Positions 38,621-51,611 of a stretch of 64,000 nucleotides of DNA are shown piece after piece. A program made the translations under genes and the position numbers. The notes beneath the pieces are model-generated. The model did no database searches. It worked only from the letters and a program-made list of their open reading frames with translations, and was not told the DNA's origin. Position 1 is the stretch's first letter. Each line of letters opens with the position of its first letter. Origin of the DNA: Epiperipatus broadwayi (taxonomy: Eukaryota > Animalia > Onychophora); assembly GCA_028023455.1 (NCBI GenBank), contig JAQFVV010000005.1, positions 5,270,001-5,334,000 of the forward strand, written 5' to 3'.

Positions 38621-40379
38621 GTCAAAAGTAATGATCATACATCTTTCCACAGAAAAATATATATTTTTGTGTAAAAATTCTTAGAATCATTAAATCTGAA
38701 ACCCTGAAGGTAATTTAAGATATATATAGTTTACTGAAATAAAAATATCCATTTCAAATCTATTTCGTATAATTAGCAAAAGGAGAAAAACTAGTCGATT
38801 TTTAAAATTAAACTACAAGACAGTAGAACCAGTTAGACACTACCAAGTAAAGCTTTAATATTTATTTAACGTTTACAAATACATAAGTATATATATATAT
38901 TGGAAATTTTGTTAAAATATTTTTATTTTGATAAAATGGGGGAAATAGTTTTACCATTTAAAACATATTTAAAGAAAAAATTGATCTTTTATTAAAGATT
39001 AAAAAGATTTAGAAAATTTTAAAAATGGATTAATTAAAAGTGTACAGGATGCAGTTTTTATTTTAAATTAAGATAAAGAAATTAAAATTTGTATCGTATC
39101 AATTTATGTTAGCAAATGAAAACTGATAAATTTTGAAATTATGCTTATATTTGCTATGGGGATTAATTTTACTTTAATGTATGAATTATCTCTTTTATTA
39201 TGAACACTATAAAATTTGTAATCATGATTTTTCTCAATAATTATTAAAAATTCCATAAGAACTTTGTGTAAATAGATTCAGAAAAAAATCAATCAGTCGT
39301 TTGCTTTATTTTCTTCCCCTTTGAGCAGGTCATTACCATAAAAGTGAAAAGTGATAAATTTAAACTTTTCTGGTTCACTAGGAAGCTTTTGTAGTATGAT
39401 GGGCTACTTTATCCTAAGTCCTTCCTGGATAGATAGCCAACCTCATTAGGATAGGTTTCACTAGCATATAGTCTACAATATGGTAAACTACTAATTACCA
39501 AGTAAAAACTGATGAAAAAACTCATCACACAAATTAAATCTTTTGAATTGTGGAAACTGATTGTGATATAAATAATTAGAATAATAATAATTGAAAAAAC
39601 CACAGGATCTTGAAGTTTAATTTTCAACCACAAATTTTGTATAATCTGAGTTCTAAATATGCACACATGAGAAATAAAAATATATAATTCAACTGTATTT
39701 GAAAATCACCATCAAATATGATGAATACTAATGAACCAAATGTTATCCATATGAAAGCCTAGGTAAATTTATAAAAAAATTTAAATTTATAAACTTTTAG
39801 GACTTCATTTTATATTTAATGAACTTTCTTTTTACCTACAGACTTTCTATTCCAATATTTTATTAAGCCATTTATGTATTCAATAAACAATTTATCTAAA
39901 TTATCATTTCTCATTTATTTGTTAACTTTAGTTATTTTAATAAACCGAAATTTTTATTAGAGTTTAATTGGTTTTTTTGTTTTAAGATTCTAAACACTAA
40001 TGAGCTGTAGAGATACCATTCCTTATAATTTTATTTTAAATTAACAGTTAAATCAATTTTTAACCCAAAAATCGCTTCTCCAATTATACTTTTATCCCCT
40101 ATAATTTCCAGATAGTAAAACTATAATCCACTTAAGTTGCTTTTACATCCCTAAATAAATTATAATCCCCTGTTAGTGATTTAATTAACAAAAACTAATT
40201 AATTAATGTTCATTGTTATTTAATTCACTAACTATATATGAAGGTAAACATAGATATATCATAATCTCATCTACTTCAGAAATTAAGGTTACTGAAATAA
40301 CTTATACTTTATTAAATAAATAGATGTTTTTCTGTCCCTTCAAGACCTTCATAATTGTAGGGAGTTATCATTAACTCTA

Positions 40380-42800
40380 CTATTTGCATAGCTGTGCTGT
40401 TCAATTTTCGCAATCTCTTTTTCTTCAAGCAGAGGAAAGCTAGGGGTTTCAACATTAGATTTTCTTACTACAATGAATTTTGCTTGATCAGATTCATTTC
40501 TTTGCCACCAAATATGGTTTTTGTGTATTTGATCAATTTTGGTATTGTTAACAACAATTTATTAACAGGTCTTTATTGCACCTTTCAACCTAGTACTTGC
40601 CAATAGTGTCTCTTATTTATACCTTATCTCCAACAGCATATTGACTTTTGGCATAGTTGGTATTTATGAGCTGTTATTTTCTGGCACGATTCATAAAAGT
40701 TTTGTTTCAATTTTTTTCCCAAATATAATCTCAACTGAAAAATTTTCAATAGTAATAGAAGACATACTATGCTGGGATAATAGAACTGCATAAATATTTC
40801 CTGTGTATTTGCAGTCCCTTCTTTTTATGATATTAGTTTCATTTGTACATGCTTTCTTTGTGATATTATTTAACTGTAGTTGATATGGAGATGTATTAAT
40901 GTGACTAGCCTCCTATTCTTTTAAAAATGCTTTGAATTTTCTGGACATGAAACTTGTGCCATTATCTGATAGTACAGTTTCTGGAAAACAGTGGAATGCA
41001 CAGATCTCTTTTGAGTTTTGAGATCATCTTCTGAACTCATATTTTTAATGATCCAATATTATTTCCACTTTGACTAGGCATCTATTAGTACTGAAAATAT
41101 AGGCACTTAAGAAGGTCTAGCATGATTGATATGTATATAATTCTATAGCTTTTTATCTATTGGCTGTGCTATGTAATTTTTCATTGAAACATTAGCTGCC
41201 ATTTAATGTTTATTACAATTTCAAAATCTGTACTGATACCAGGCCATCATATATAACTATGAGCAAATGTTTTTGCTCATATAACCCTAGGATGACTGAT
41301 ATATCTACTACAATACTTGTTTCTGTCCTGTATTCAGGATTAGCATTTGATTATTCATTAAAAGACATTCTTTATTACTAAACAATTTTTCTCTGGTCCA
41401 TAAAGACTTACAGAATACTTCAAGATGGCAGCTAAGCCGATCTTTTCTAATTCATATAACTAGTATTTTATAGCCTTTATCAGCCTTTATTACACCTGCT
41501 ATCTTATTACTGTTCACTACATCCATATTGCATTCATCTATATAGTTTACAGTTATTCCAGTCAGTCACACTTCTAACTTATTTGATATTTTTTGAGAGT
41601 GCATTAGTGTGTTTTATCATAAGCACATTTTAAATTTTCATTTCAGAGTCATAATCTGCTAATACATTCAGCCAACAAAGCATTACAGGGCTTAAGTCAT
41701 CTGGGATGCTTTGTTCCTGGCTTAAGAGATTGTAATTAGTAACTAATTTAAATGATTTTTCATTCAAGCATTGGTTAAACAAGTAGTTTTTCTTAGTATT
41801 AGATACTCTCAATATGTATTATTGGTCTCTTTCCATCTGTTATTATACGAATTAAAATCATGCATGATTAAAATGTTGATACCAATAACATATTCAATGA
41901 TAATATGGTTTCCTTGAAAGATTTATCTTGATCTATTTTCCCAATTCTATTTATGATCCTTTCTAAATAAACTATATAGTGGTCAGGCCATATAAACTTT
42001 CCTTTTAAAAATACTTCAGAATAATTAAGCAGATTTAGAAAAGTTTATAATCCCTTCTTGTTTCTGGACCTTGAAGTACTTTTAATAATTACTATTTTTT
42101 TTAATGTGATTTCTTTTCTTTACTGAATATTACATGCCTCCAAAACTTTAATTTCTGTCTCCAGTCAAATGCTTTTATTAGGATTTATTTTTGCTACTAC
42201 CAATTTTGCAAATTTGTCGCAAACTTTAAAAGCCATTGGTACAAATTTTCTTCAGAGTTTGCAGTTATTAAGATATTATCATGACACCATATCACCCTGT
42301 TTATTTTATGAAACAATAGGTCTGTTTTAGATTGAAAAATATTAGAAGCTATAATAATCTCATAATTGAACAAATCCCTATGTTTGCTAATTGTTAATAA
42401 TTCTTAAGTCCTTTTCTCTAGAATATAGCACAGAGTATTGACTACTTGGAAAGTTTTTAATTTGATTATCATCACAGATACAAATTTGTTCATTTGCTTT
42501 ACTATTTTTTACTTTTATTTGTGGTATAAAAAAGACTTCCATGGTTTATAAATTATTGGTGTTACTCCAACTCACAAAATTATCTCTACCAATGATGTAT
42601 TTATCTACTCCTAATTATTATTAAATAATTCTATAAATGTAGTTTTTATTTCCTATTTTGTCTAAATCTTCTTCATCAACCATAACCTCAATTCCCATTC
42701 CATCATTGTGCTTAACAATGATAGAGCACTTGTTCTGGCATCAAATAAAATATGGCTAGCCCACATCATGGACAGAACACTTTGATAAAATAAACATGAA
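40380..42800 (-). mobile_element. Decayed Ty3/Gypsy-type LTR retrotransposon pol (PR-RT-RH-IN)
   Basis: Protease-like ILFDARTSALS (~42740), RT connection FLNLLNY...PLY (~42000), RNase H NQCLNEKSFKLVTNYNLL...LCWLNVLADYDSEM (41630-41812), and integrase ETVLSDNGTSFMSRKFKAFLKRIG..HINTSPY (~40900-40990). LTRs were not found. Confidence 0.75.
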
Positions 42801-43594
42801 GTCATTGAATTTAAAATGAATTGCATAAGACACTTCTTTGGTTTTTAAAATATCTGACTATTTTAAAATTGATTTCTAAAAAGTAATACATATCAATATT
42901 CAAAGACTTATCACTTGAGATTACATACAATCCTATCACGTTTCCAAAATAAACAATATCAATAACATTTTCAAACTATTACACAACTGATAAGTTACTG
43001 TCCACTGAATTTGAATAAATTCTGTTGAAATACTGAATGGTTAGAAATTCAGCAAATGAAATTTAGCTACCAAAGATTAAACTCATGTAATAGTTCTACT
43101 TAAGATCTTCTTACTATATATTTAATATTTTCAAAATTACTTGTATTTAGTTGGTTCTTTTGGTCTAGATGTGTTATTTTGTACCAGATATGGATAATTA
43201 ATTTATATTATTTCTTTCCATATTTAATCCCAAATTGTTACAATGTCATTTTGTAAATTAATTGCTACAGTAGTATGTGTTACTACTGTTAAAAATTATT
43301 ATTTTATGATATAATTATGGTTCCAAATTTGATTTTTTAAAATTATAAGCATTATTTATAGTATTTATTATAATATCACAAAATACATATATTGGGAGAT
43401 TATTTATCTTTTTCACATGAGTGTAGTCATGTGTATTAGTTATATGAGATAGAGTGAATAGTCTAAGGAGGCTTGAAAGTCTGTATTCAAATCCCTTATA
43501 TCACATCTAAACTCCAAATACATATATTGTACTTGTATTCAAATATTATATATAGAGCTCGCAAATAAGCTCTTAACAAGCTTTGCAGAATATC

Positions 43595-43745
43595 CCCAAC
43601 CCCAGAACAATTTCTGCTACTGGCTTCCTCAGTGAGGTGCTAGGATATTCAAGGATTAGATTAAAAATAGACCAGGACAAGCCCAGCATTTTATCTAATA
43701 GATAACTGATAAGTAGAAAATCTGAAATTTTCAGACATCCATACA
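43595..43745 (-). mobile_element. Diverged family A fragment (same subfamily as the 1.74-kb copy)
   Basis: After the HHR, GCTAGGATATTCA and TTCAGACATCC match GCTAGGACATCA and TTCAGACATCC of the 1.74-1.95 kb copy. Confidence 0.55.
43599..43638 (-). ncRNA. Degenerate minimal type I hammerhead ribozyme (family A)
   Basis: ACCUCA-CUGAGGA-AGC CAGUA GCA-GAA-AUUGUU-C-UGGGGU. Stem I is fully paired and the core is intact; stems II and III are decayed. Confidence 0.6.
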
Positions 43746-45393
43746 TAACATTTGTAATGATCCCTTGATGGCATAAGACATCTTTAAAGTCACAATTCAG
43801 CATTGACTTCCTGAGTTATGTGGCAAAATCTCTAGCCTTTTCCTTTTGCCCTGGCATTGTATGCCTAATACTGTTAGAGATTTTAGACAGAAATGAGCTA
43901 ACAGGAGAAATATTGCTGTATCAAAATTTAATTCAAAAGGATACATAAGAGCAAATACTTATAAAAGTTTTTAATTTTAATACTGATTTCATTATTTTAT
44001 GAGAAAGAAGTGAACTTGATCCACAAGAATTGAATTCTACTAAAAATTTTATCATATTGATTTTTTTCTTTTTCCACCATATGGAAAAAAAATTTTCTTT
44101 GACTTTTCTTTAAAAAAAAAAGAGCAACTGCTAGAATTTGATTCTTTTTTTCTTATTGACAGGCTATTATTTTTTATTTCAAATTAATGATAAAGATAAA
44201 TAATCCATAGGCTAGATCCTGACAAGACTGCATTAATTCTTTTTAATTCCATATCTGTTTTAAATATGGTCTGATCAAAATTATAGAATTTTAACTGGGT
44301 ATTATCATTCTTTGTAGGGGTTGGCAGTGTTGACATGGTTCTTTGAAATAACAATCTATGTGGGCGAACAACATAATTACATGAAGAATTACATTTTTAT
44401 AATTTGAAATAACGTTAGAAGCACATAAAAGTGAACATAACAACCTGTTAGGCCAAATGAGCTCACAAATAGAAGAAAAATTAAAAAGGAACTTTCTATA
44501 TGTATTTGATAATAAACTGGGTTATGTCTTAAGTGAAACCTACTAATGCATAGGCTTTATCAGTATGGTCAAGAAAACAAAATAAAATTGCTAAAAAGTG
44601 AATGGATATTTTAACTTCTAAGCAAGATGTTCAAAGGGACTACCAGATAGATTCCAGCAACAATCATAAATGTAAAAGGTTTACATACAGCGTTTGTCCA
44701 GATTGTTAATGGACAGTAGCATCACAAGTACACAGATCAACTGGGGCTAGACTATGAAACAGTGAGCAACAATGTAGAGTTCACCAGACCAGATAATGAA
44801 ACCAGATTTCCTGATAAAGCCAAATCCAACAATGATGAAACCAGGCCAAAAAAAGAAAGCAATAAGTCCAATGGCAAAAGTTAGTTCTGAAATACATAGT
44901 TCTTAAGATAGCTTGGTAGATGTCTAGATCATCTTGCTTCCTCAATTGGTCTATTTATGGTGTTGACTGTTTATTTATTATCATTTCATTGGTCAGTCTT
45001 ATTGAAAATTGAATCCATTATTGATCACATTGTTGCAAGGAAAAAACCTGTTATTTTAAGATAAGCTTTGGTTGAGTGAAGATGAATTCACAAATTTTTT
45101 TTGAATGGATATGATCTTTGTAATTTCAGAAACATACTATCTATTTTACTTTTAAAATAAATTTTCATCTTCTTACTAATACTGTAATAACTTTGAAAAT
45201 ATTGGTACACAAGGAAATGTAATATGGAAAAATAACTATACACAAAAACGTATATGAGATATACTTAAAATCTGAATAAAGTTCACATATTTTTGCCTAG
45301 TGCACTTTCGACTTACATAATATTCAAGTACCAAAGTGACAAATATATTTCCATCCAAGAATATCTGTGCTAAATCACAGAGCACAAAAGAGA

Positions 45394-45512
45394 ACTACAA
45401 CTATTACAAGGCTCTTAGGTAGTAACATATCCAAGTACTAACTAAATCTAACACTGCTTAACTTCAGTGATCGGATGAAAAGTTGTATATTTAACCAAGT
45501 ATGATTTATATA
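45394..45512 (-). pseudogene. 5S rRNA pseudogene
   Basis: TCATCCGATCACTGAAGTTAAGCAG...GTTAGTACTTGGAT matches the 5S internal control region (A box, IE, C box). It is full 5S length and followed by CTTTT, with many substitutions. Confidence 0.85.
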
Positions 45513-47004
45513 TGGCATATAGTTAACTTTTATTCCCAATTTCATACTAAAGAATATATTCGCTATATAGATTGAATAGATATCATGTGAGAATACAAAC
45601 AACATTGTATGACTAGCTCTAAAAAATTGAGTTTAAAATAAATTATATTAAAAAAATTGGCATAAAATGGCAATATGCCATCAACGATCATTATTGAAGA
45701 TCCCATCTTAATCTATATTTATTCACAAAATGAACTACGTTACATATATATCCTACAGGATTGAATCATTAACATATTATTAAAATGCATTCCCGGCATC
45801 CTCTCCTCTTTTAGTTTATTTCCTTGAACTATTCCTTCCTGCTGTGATCAGCTGATTAATTTAAGTAATTTTAAAATTACAAAACAAAAATAATTAAATT
45901 TTAATTTTGCAAAGTGAAGGGGGTTACGGTAGGAATTTTCATTAACACATTTTACTGCAGGTCAAAACAAGGTGGGTATATTATTAATAGTTAAAATTTA
46001 AAATGCTAATCAATTTATTAATACAGTTATTTTTATTAATGTTAAGACTATCCCCTCCCCCCATTCAATCCGTCAACCCTGTGTTTTTTTTTTTGTATGC
46101 AGGTATTAAATGTCTGTGAACATTTAGCAACAACTTGTACAAAAGCAAATGTTTCTTAATGACATCCGATATAATAAACATTTTAGTTTAACTTGTACTA
46201 ATCTGCATACCATTCTCGGATGAATGAATCTGATATTTTAACCCAGACTTACTTCCACAACCTCCCACCACCCCTACATTCTCATTTGTCTTATATATGT
46301 AGAACAATAGCTGTTAATTTTAAGTAAAGTTACTTGGCACACATATAAAAAACTATTAGACAGCTTGATAAATATGTTTTTTTTTCCTGCTTAAATTCGT
46401 GTTCTAATTATTTTTTAAATGAAAAGAAATAATGTATTGTAGTTGATCAACAATGCTAATTAACCAAAGATTCCAAGATAGCTAGTACTGAATTAAAGCT
46501 AATGACACAAAATTATTAGAGCATATATAACAAAGTAAATATTAATCTGTCAATTTAAAAATAATATTTTATTATGCATAGCTAGATCTTATAGTACATT
46601 TCTAACACGAAAAGATTCCCAAACTATGAATTCATTTTAAGAATCTATTGGCATAACAGCTATTCACTTATTAGCTTATTTTTTGCAATAGAAGTTGGTT
46701 TTATAAAGAAAAAAGCAAGTTACCCAGAAAATGATTATGAAATCAGTGTGCGCTGCCACCTGAAGTCTGTTTATGACTTTAATACATTGCTTTTATAGTG
46801 GTTGATTGAAAAGCCATCACTATGGGGTTTTTTTTTTAAAATATTTATTTAGAAGACATGTTAAATAATTGGGATAATATGTTGGACTATTTCCACCATC
46901 TATCTGTAAAGGTTGAATGTATAAAATTAAACTTTATTTAAACTTTTCAAATACAAATAACTTGTTAGTAATAACAAACAAATAGACAACATAGATTAGT
47001 AATT

Positions 47005-47050
47005 ACACAACATGTTTGAGTAGTATTATTGTCCATTCTTCTTCAGGTGT
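47005..47050 (-). ncRNA. Hammerhead ribozyme, family B, left arm (G12 missing)
   Basis: ACAC-CUGAAGA-A-GAAUGG ACAAUAAUA CUACUC-AA-ACAUGU-U-GUGU. Confidence 0.65.
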
Positions 47051-47074
47051 TACTGGCCTGACCAGTGGCTGTAT

Positions 47075-47153
47075 TCGCATAGGAGTCGAACTCGCATGTT
47101 TCTCAAACATTGAATTTAAGGCAAATGCTTTAACCAACTGAGCTATTCTGTCA
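47075..47153 (-). other. tRNA-derived Pol III promoter head (A and B boxes)
   Basis: TAGCTCAGTTGGTTAAAGCA (A box/D arm), a CTTAAAT anticodon-like loop, an extra GTTT-GAG-AAAC arm, and GAGTTCGACTCC (B box). A mirror copy lies at 47157-47227 (+). Confidence 0.75.
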
Positions 47154-47254
47154 AAGGTTCAGTTGGTTAGAGCATTTGCATTAAATTCGATATTCAAAAA
47201 TCTAAAGATGTGAGTTCAATTCCTATGTAAATACTGTCACTGGTCAAGCCAGTA

Positions 47255-47297
47255 ATAACTGAAGAAGAGTGGACAATAATACTAGTCGAAACATGTA
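47255..47297 (+). ncRNA. Hammerhead ribozyme, family B, right arm (stem I lost)
   Basis: CUGAAGA(47259)-A-GAGUGG ACAAUAAUA CUAGUC-GAA-ACAUGU-A. The core is intact, stem II has one mismatch, and the 3' stem I strand is deleted. Confidence 0.65.
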
Positions 47298-47559
47298 ATT
47301 ACTAACCTGTGTTGCCCATTTATGTAAAGTTTAAATAAAGTTTAAAATTTTCTATACATTCAACATTTATTGATAAATAAATGGAAATTGTCCAACATAT
47401 TATTATATCTAATATACCATCATCACAAACCTTCAGGCAAATGATAAATAATTATTTAAACTGCAGAGGAGCAAATTGGTAGAATAATAAAATGTGTAAG
47501 ATTTGCAATTGATATGACTCATAGCTGAGAATAAAAAGTGACTTCCATGATGTAAGGAA

Positions 47560-48400
47560 TATGAAATAAAAATTAATGTTGAGGATAGGGAGAAATGTAA
47601 AAATACTGCAAATTCAGATCCATGATAACATAGTTCAACGGGTAAAGAGTTTTAGATATTTGGATAGTTGATTGAATGAGGATGGAAGAAATCAAAATGA
47701 AGTTAAAAGCAGAATAGCATTGGCAAAGGATGCATTTATTAAGAAAAAGAAAATATTTTGTGGACTTTTGAAGAGAGAATTAAAAAAAAAAATGAATGGA
47801 ATGCTTTTTGTGAAGTGTACTTTTGTATGGTTGTGAATCATAGACAGTGAGAAATAAAATTAGGAATAAATTGAAAGCCTTTGAGATGTGGACATGGAGA
47901 AGAATGCAAAAAATCAGTTGGATAAATAAAATAATAAAATAAAGAACTTTTGACAAGAGTAAATGAAAATGGTAGATTGACTGGGGAAATTAGAAAGAGA
48001 AACTTGATCGAAAACATATTAACAAGATAATATAGTTTAATGAACGATGTTTTGAGAGAATAATGAGTAAATGAAAATGATAGATTGACTGGGGAAATTA
48101 GAAAGAGAAACTTGATTGAAAACATATTAACAAGATAATATAGTTTAATGAAAGATGTTTTGAGAGAATAATGAGTAAATGAAAATGATAGATTGACTGG
48201 GAAAATTAGAAAGAGAAACTTGATTGAAAACATATTAACAAGATAATATAGTTTAATGAAAGATGTTTTGAGAGAATAATGAGTAAAAGCAAAAAGTATG
48301 GAAAAGATTGACATTGTTGGATGATATAAGAGATGGGAAGAGTTATGTGAAATTGAAGAGCTGAACTATGAAGAGAATGGAACAGAAAAATGAATGAAAT
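47560..48400 (+). mobile_element. 3' part of an RTE-clade LINE
   Basis: VQRVKSFRYL.S.LNEDGRNQNEVKSRIALAKDAF...LYGCES...KAFEMWTWRRMQKISW...LTLLDDIRDG. Confidence 0.85.
47957..48280 (+). repeat. Three tandem 108-bp units inside the LINE ORF
   Basis: GAGTAAATGAAAAT starts at 47957, 48065 and 48173, and GAGTAAA appears again at 48281. Confidence 0.92.
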
Positions 48401-48889
48401 AGATTTTGTGAGTACTCTCTAGATCTATCTCTTCATGGAACAAAATACTATTAGTTTTCATATAAATTTTGTCTTATGAAAGGATTAAATTCTGTCAGCT
48501 AGGGACTAGGAGTTCATTTTGACATAAGCCAACGGTTTTATTTTTGCATTAAAGAGAAAATTGTAAACAGTAATAAATATCAATAATGACTACATATTTT
48601 TTGTGTGTGTGAAATCTGATATTAAGCATTTTGTTGTGACTATAAATAATCTGCATTTCTGCTCTTTTATTTAAAGCTGTTTTATCTTGGAAAAACTGTT
48701 GTTAATTTGCACATAAATTGTGAGATAAAAAGTTCATCAATTAGTTTTTTATCCACTATTATATTACATGTATATTCATAATATAACTTGGATCAGCTAA
48801 CACAAGAATTTTCCATATGCAACAGTTAAGAAAAAAACAATTCAGTTAAAAGTTAATCAAAGCTGTCCTTAGGATGAATATTTTGACCA

Positions 48890-50160
48890 TAAAATCACCT
48901 CTGTTTATAGTTGGTGGGTTGAACAGGTATTATGAACATTTGCAGACACAGGAGGTTGATAATGATTAAAAGCAGATTTTCAGCTCCATTGATCTCAGTG
49001 TGCAAAATGATATGGACAAATGATTTGTTCTCATGGTGTGCATGTAAATCTGGCTTGATTTCAAGACCACAATGAATCAAATGTATTGGTGGGTGTGAGT
49101 TTGCATTCCCCTTTTTTTGTTCAGGGGTGATGATGGTGGTCATAAGGAGCTTGGTTCACTTGTGGGGGCAGTTGGCAATCATTGACTAGCCTGGATACCT
49201 GCCGGGCAAGAGAAAGTTACTACCTTCACTTGGACTTCACCCTGAAGGACTACTGCACCCCCTGATGAATTATTTGCTAGGTCAATGTTGATTTGCACTC
49301 ACTATTACTAGGTTTCATTAGTGAACTTTAGATCTAGAGCACTTGTAAGGTGGTTGGTCTGCTTTGGGCCATCGCCAATTTTTGTAACATTGATGGAGTT
49401 TCATTGTAATATTTTGCGGGCATGAATCTGCACTCCTCATTTCTTCCTCAGAAGTGGTGGGGGCAGTCATCAGGGGTCTGGTCTATGGTGTGGGCTGTTG
49501 ACAATTGTTGCTGCTATCTGAAAACCTGCTGGGAGAGTACCTGGTCAAAGTTTCTGCACTGTTTTCCTTTCTGATGGACTGCTGTGCCTCCTTGATGGGT
49601 TGACTTTGGGCAATGCAGATCTGTGCTCATTATTTGTTATGTTTTCCCTAGTTGGCCTTCCAATTTTGTAAAGGTAGACCAAATTTGATCCCTGCACATT
49701 TGGACCATTAAATTGGGAGACAGAGGTATCCAGAATGGTCTTTGCATGACTTAACTGCAGATCGAGGGTTTGTTGTTCTGTGGACTTGGACCTTATTGCC
49801 TGTTGGGGGGGGGGGGTTGGCACAATGCTGGACTTGTCCACCTATTCTACTGAAGCTCAAGTCTTCACTTTGGGGCCCTGGGAGTGGGATCACTGGGCTA
49901 CGGTAACTTCTCAGTGGTTGGACCATGTAGACCCATGTACAAGATACCCATTGAGCAAGATTATAGTAACCCTTTTGTGGATGTAATTGTTGTCTGGAGT
50001 GTGTTCTTTGGTAAACAAGATTAATAATTGTTTAGTTTTTTGTACATTGAATGCTTTGTAATCACAGCGGGTAAATAGACTGGGGAAAAGTTCTATATAA
50101 TCTTTAACAATAAAGGTTGCTTTGAAAGATAAAATCACTTCCACTTGTAAGGCAAGCAAA
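48890..50160 (-). pseudogene. Possible decayed ORF1/early ORF2 of a non-LTR retroelement
   Basis: A locally GC-richer block with several interrupted minus-strand ORFs, including a Pro/Ser/Thr-rich segment. No diagnostic motif was firmly recognised. Confidence 0.25.
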
Positions 50161-50874
50161 TTAATAATCTAAAGACTTCCTGAAATTATGCTATATGTGA
50201 GGAAAAACCCAACCCAAAACAAATGTAAAATAAAAATGACATTTTTATAATCCACTTTTTTTTTAATTCAAAAAAAGAAAAAGAAAAATGAAGTTAAACT
50301 TTGGAAACAGATGGTAAAATTTAATTACGTTTAAAAATACTTGGTATTGGTTTTTTCATGGAAAACTAAGTCTAAAATAACACATAGCTGCAATTATCTT
50401 CTATGCTTTAAAGATTAGAGATTTAGTTTCTTATTAAAAAAGTCATATATTTTAGAGAAATATTTTAAAAAAAAAAAAAAAAACTGAAAATTTAAATTCA
50501 GATTGCAAATGAGTTATATTAATTTATTTCAAATTAAAAAGTTATAATAAATAAGTAGATTCAAATAATGTTTAAAAATTAACAGTTTTAAAAAATACAC
50601 ATCATGCAAATTGATAAATATGGCTTATATGCAGTCTGCTATATGCCAATTTATTTGGTTCTAGGATCATGTCTATTGGTAAACTAAATATATATATAGA
50701 CTTGCTATACATGCAAAAAAAAAACCCCAACTAAAATAGATTTATAACATAGACAGACATTCATTTCATTTTAAATAAATAGTAGATGCAATAAGTTGTA
50801 AAATACAATATATAAATAAACAAACTCCTTTTTAAAACTTACTTTTTATATGACTATAATCAACAATAAAAAAT

Positions 50875-50912
50875 CCAATCTTTTCGACTATTTTATATAG
50901 TCTTTTTCAAGG
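50875..50912 (-). ncRNA. HHR-like motif (U3:A8 variant), second PLE motif
   Basis: CC-UUGAAAA-A-GACUAU AUAAA AUAGUC-GAAA, with a perfect 6-bp stem II. Partial copies lie at 51365-51391 and ~52425-52440. Confidence 0.45.
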
Positions 50913-51497
50913 CACAATAAAATAAAAACATCACATTTTCCAAAAAAAAAAAAAAAAAAAAAAATTAAAAATTACAAAATATATTCACAATCAAAATTTT
51001 ATCTTATCTCACTCCCTTTTCCTATTGTAAACAATCATAACTTAAACACAAACAATTTCCTTTTTAAAAAAAAAAAAAATCTCTATATATCCTTTAAAAC
51101 ATTCAATTAATAACCTATTATTTTAATTAATAATCTATTATTTTATTAATTGAATGTTTTAAAGAATATATATAGATTTTTTTTTTTTAAAAAAAAAGGA
51201 AATTGTTTGTGGTTAAGTTGTGGTTGTTTGCAATAGGAAAGGAGACTGAGATAAGGTAAAATTTTGATTGTGAATATATTTTGTAATTTTTAATTTAATT
51301 TTTTTTTTTGGAATATGTGATGTTTATTATTATATATATGTTTTTTTTATTTTATTTTAGTGTGCCTTGAAAAAGACTATATAAAATAGTAACTATTAAA
51401 TAACTAAATGTGTGGTTTATATATGTAATAAGATCAGATATTTTACAGTAATATCTCCACACTAAAACTCAATATATTTATATTATTCTATTTTTTT

Positions 51498-51547
51498 CTA
51501 TACTTAGCACTTTCGAAGGAATGATGCCTTCATTTTCAAAGCTATAG
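51498..51547 (-). ncRNA. Hammerhead ribozyme, U3:A8 core variant, PLE 3' UTR
   Basis: CUAUA(G)CU-UUGAAAA-U-GAAGG CAUCAUU CCUUC-GAA-AGUGCU-A-AGUAUAG gives a 7-bp stem I with one bulge, a 5-bp stem II and a near-palindromic stem III. Confidence 0.62.
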
Positions 51548-51611
51548 ATAGATAGTTCTAATAACGATGTTCAATTTATTTATTTAAACCAACAGATGCA
51601 AATTATTCAAA

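Larger units (their letters stand above)
46872..47405. mobile_element. Head-to-head palindrome of a tRNA-headed, HHR-containing element (family B)
   Basis: Arms of about 270 and 250 bp are inverted around ~47150. Each arm reads outward as tRNA-like head, linker, HHR, then a tail with AATAAA. Confidence 0.85.

Noticed and set aside
47838-48314. 158-aa minus-strand ORF with three internal repeats
   Set aside because: It is the antisense shadow of the RTE LINE and its 108-bp triplication.
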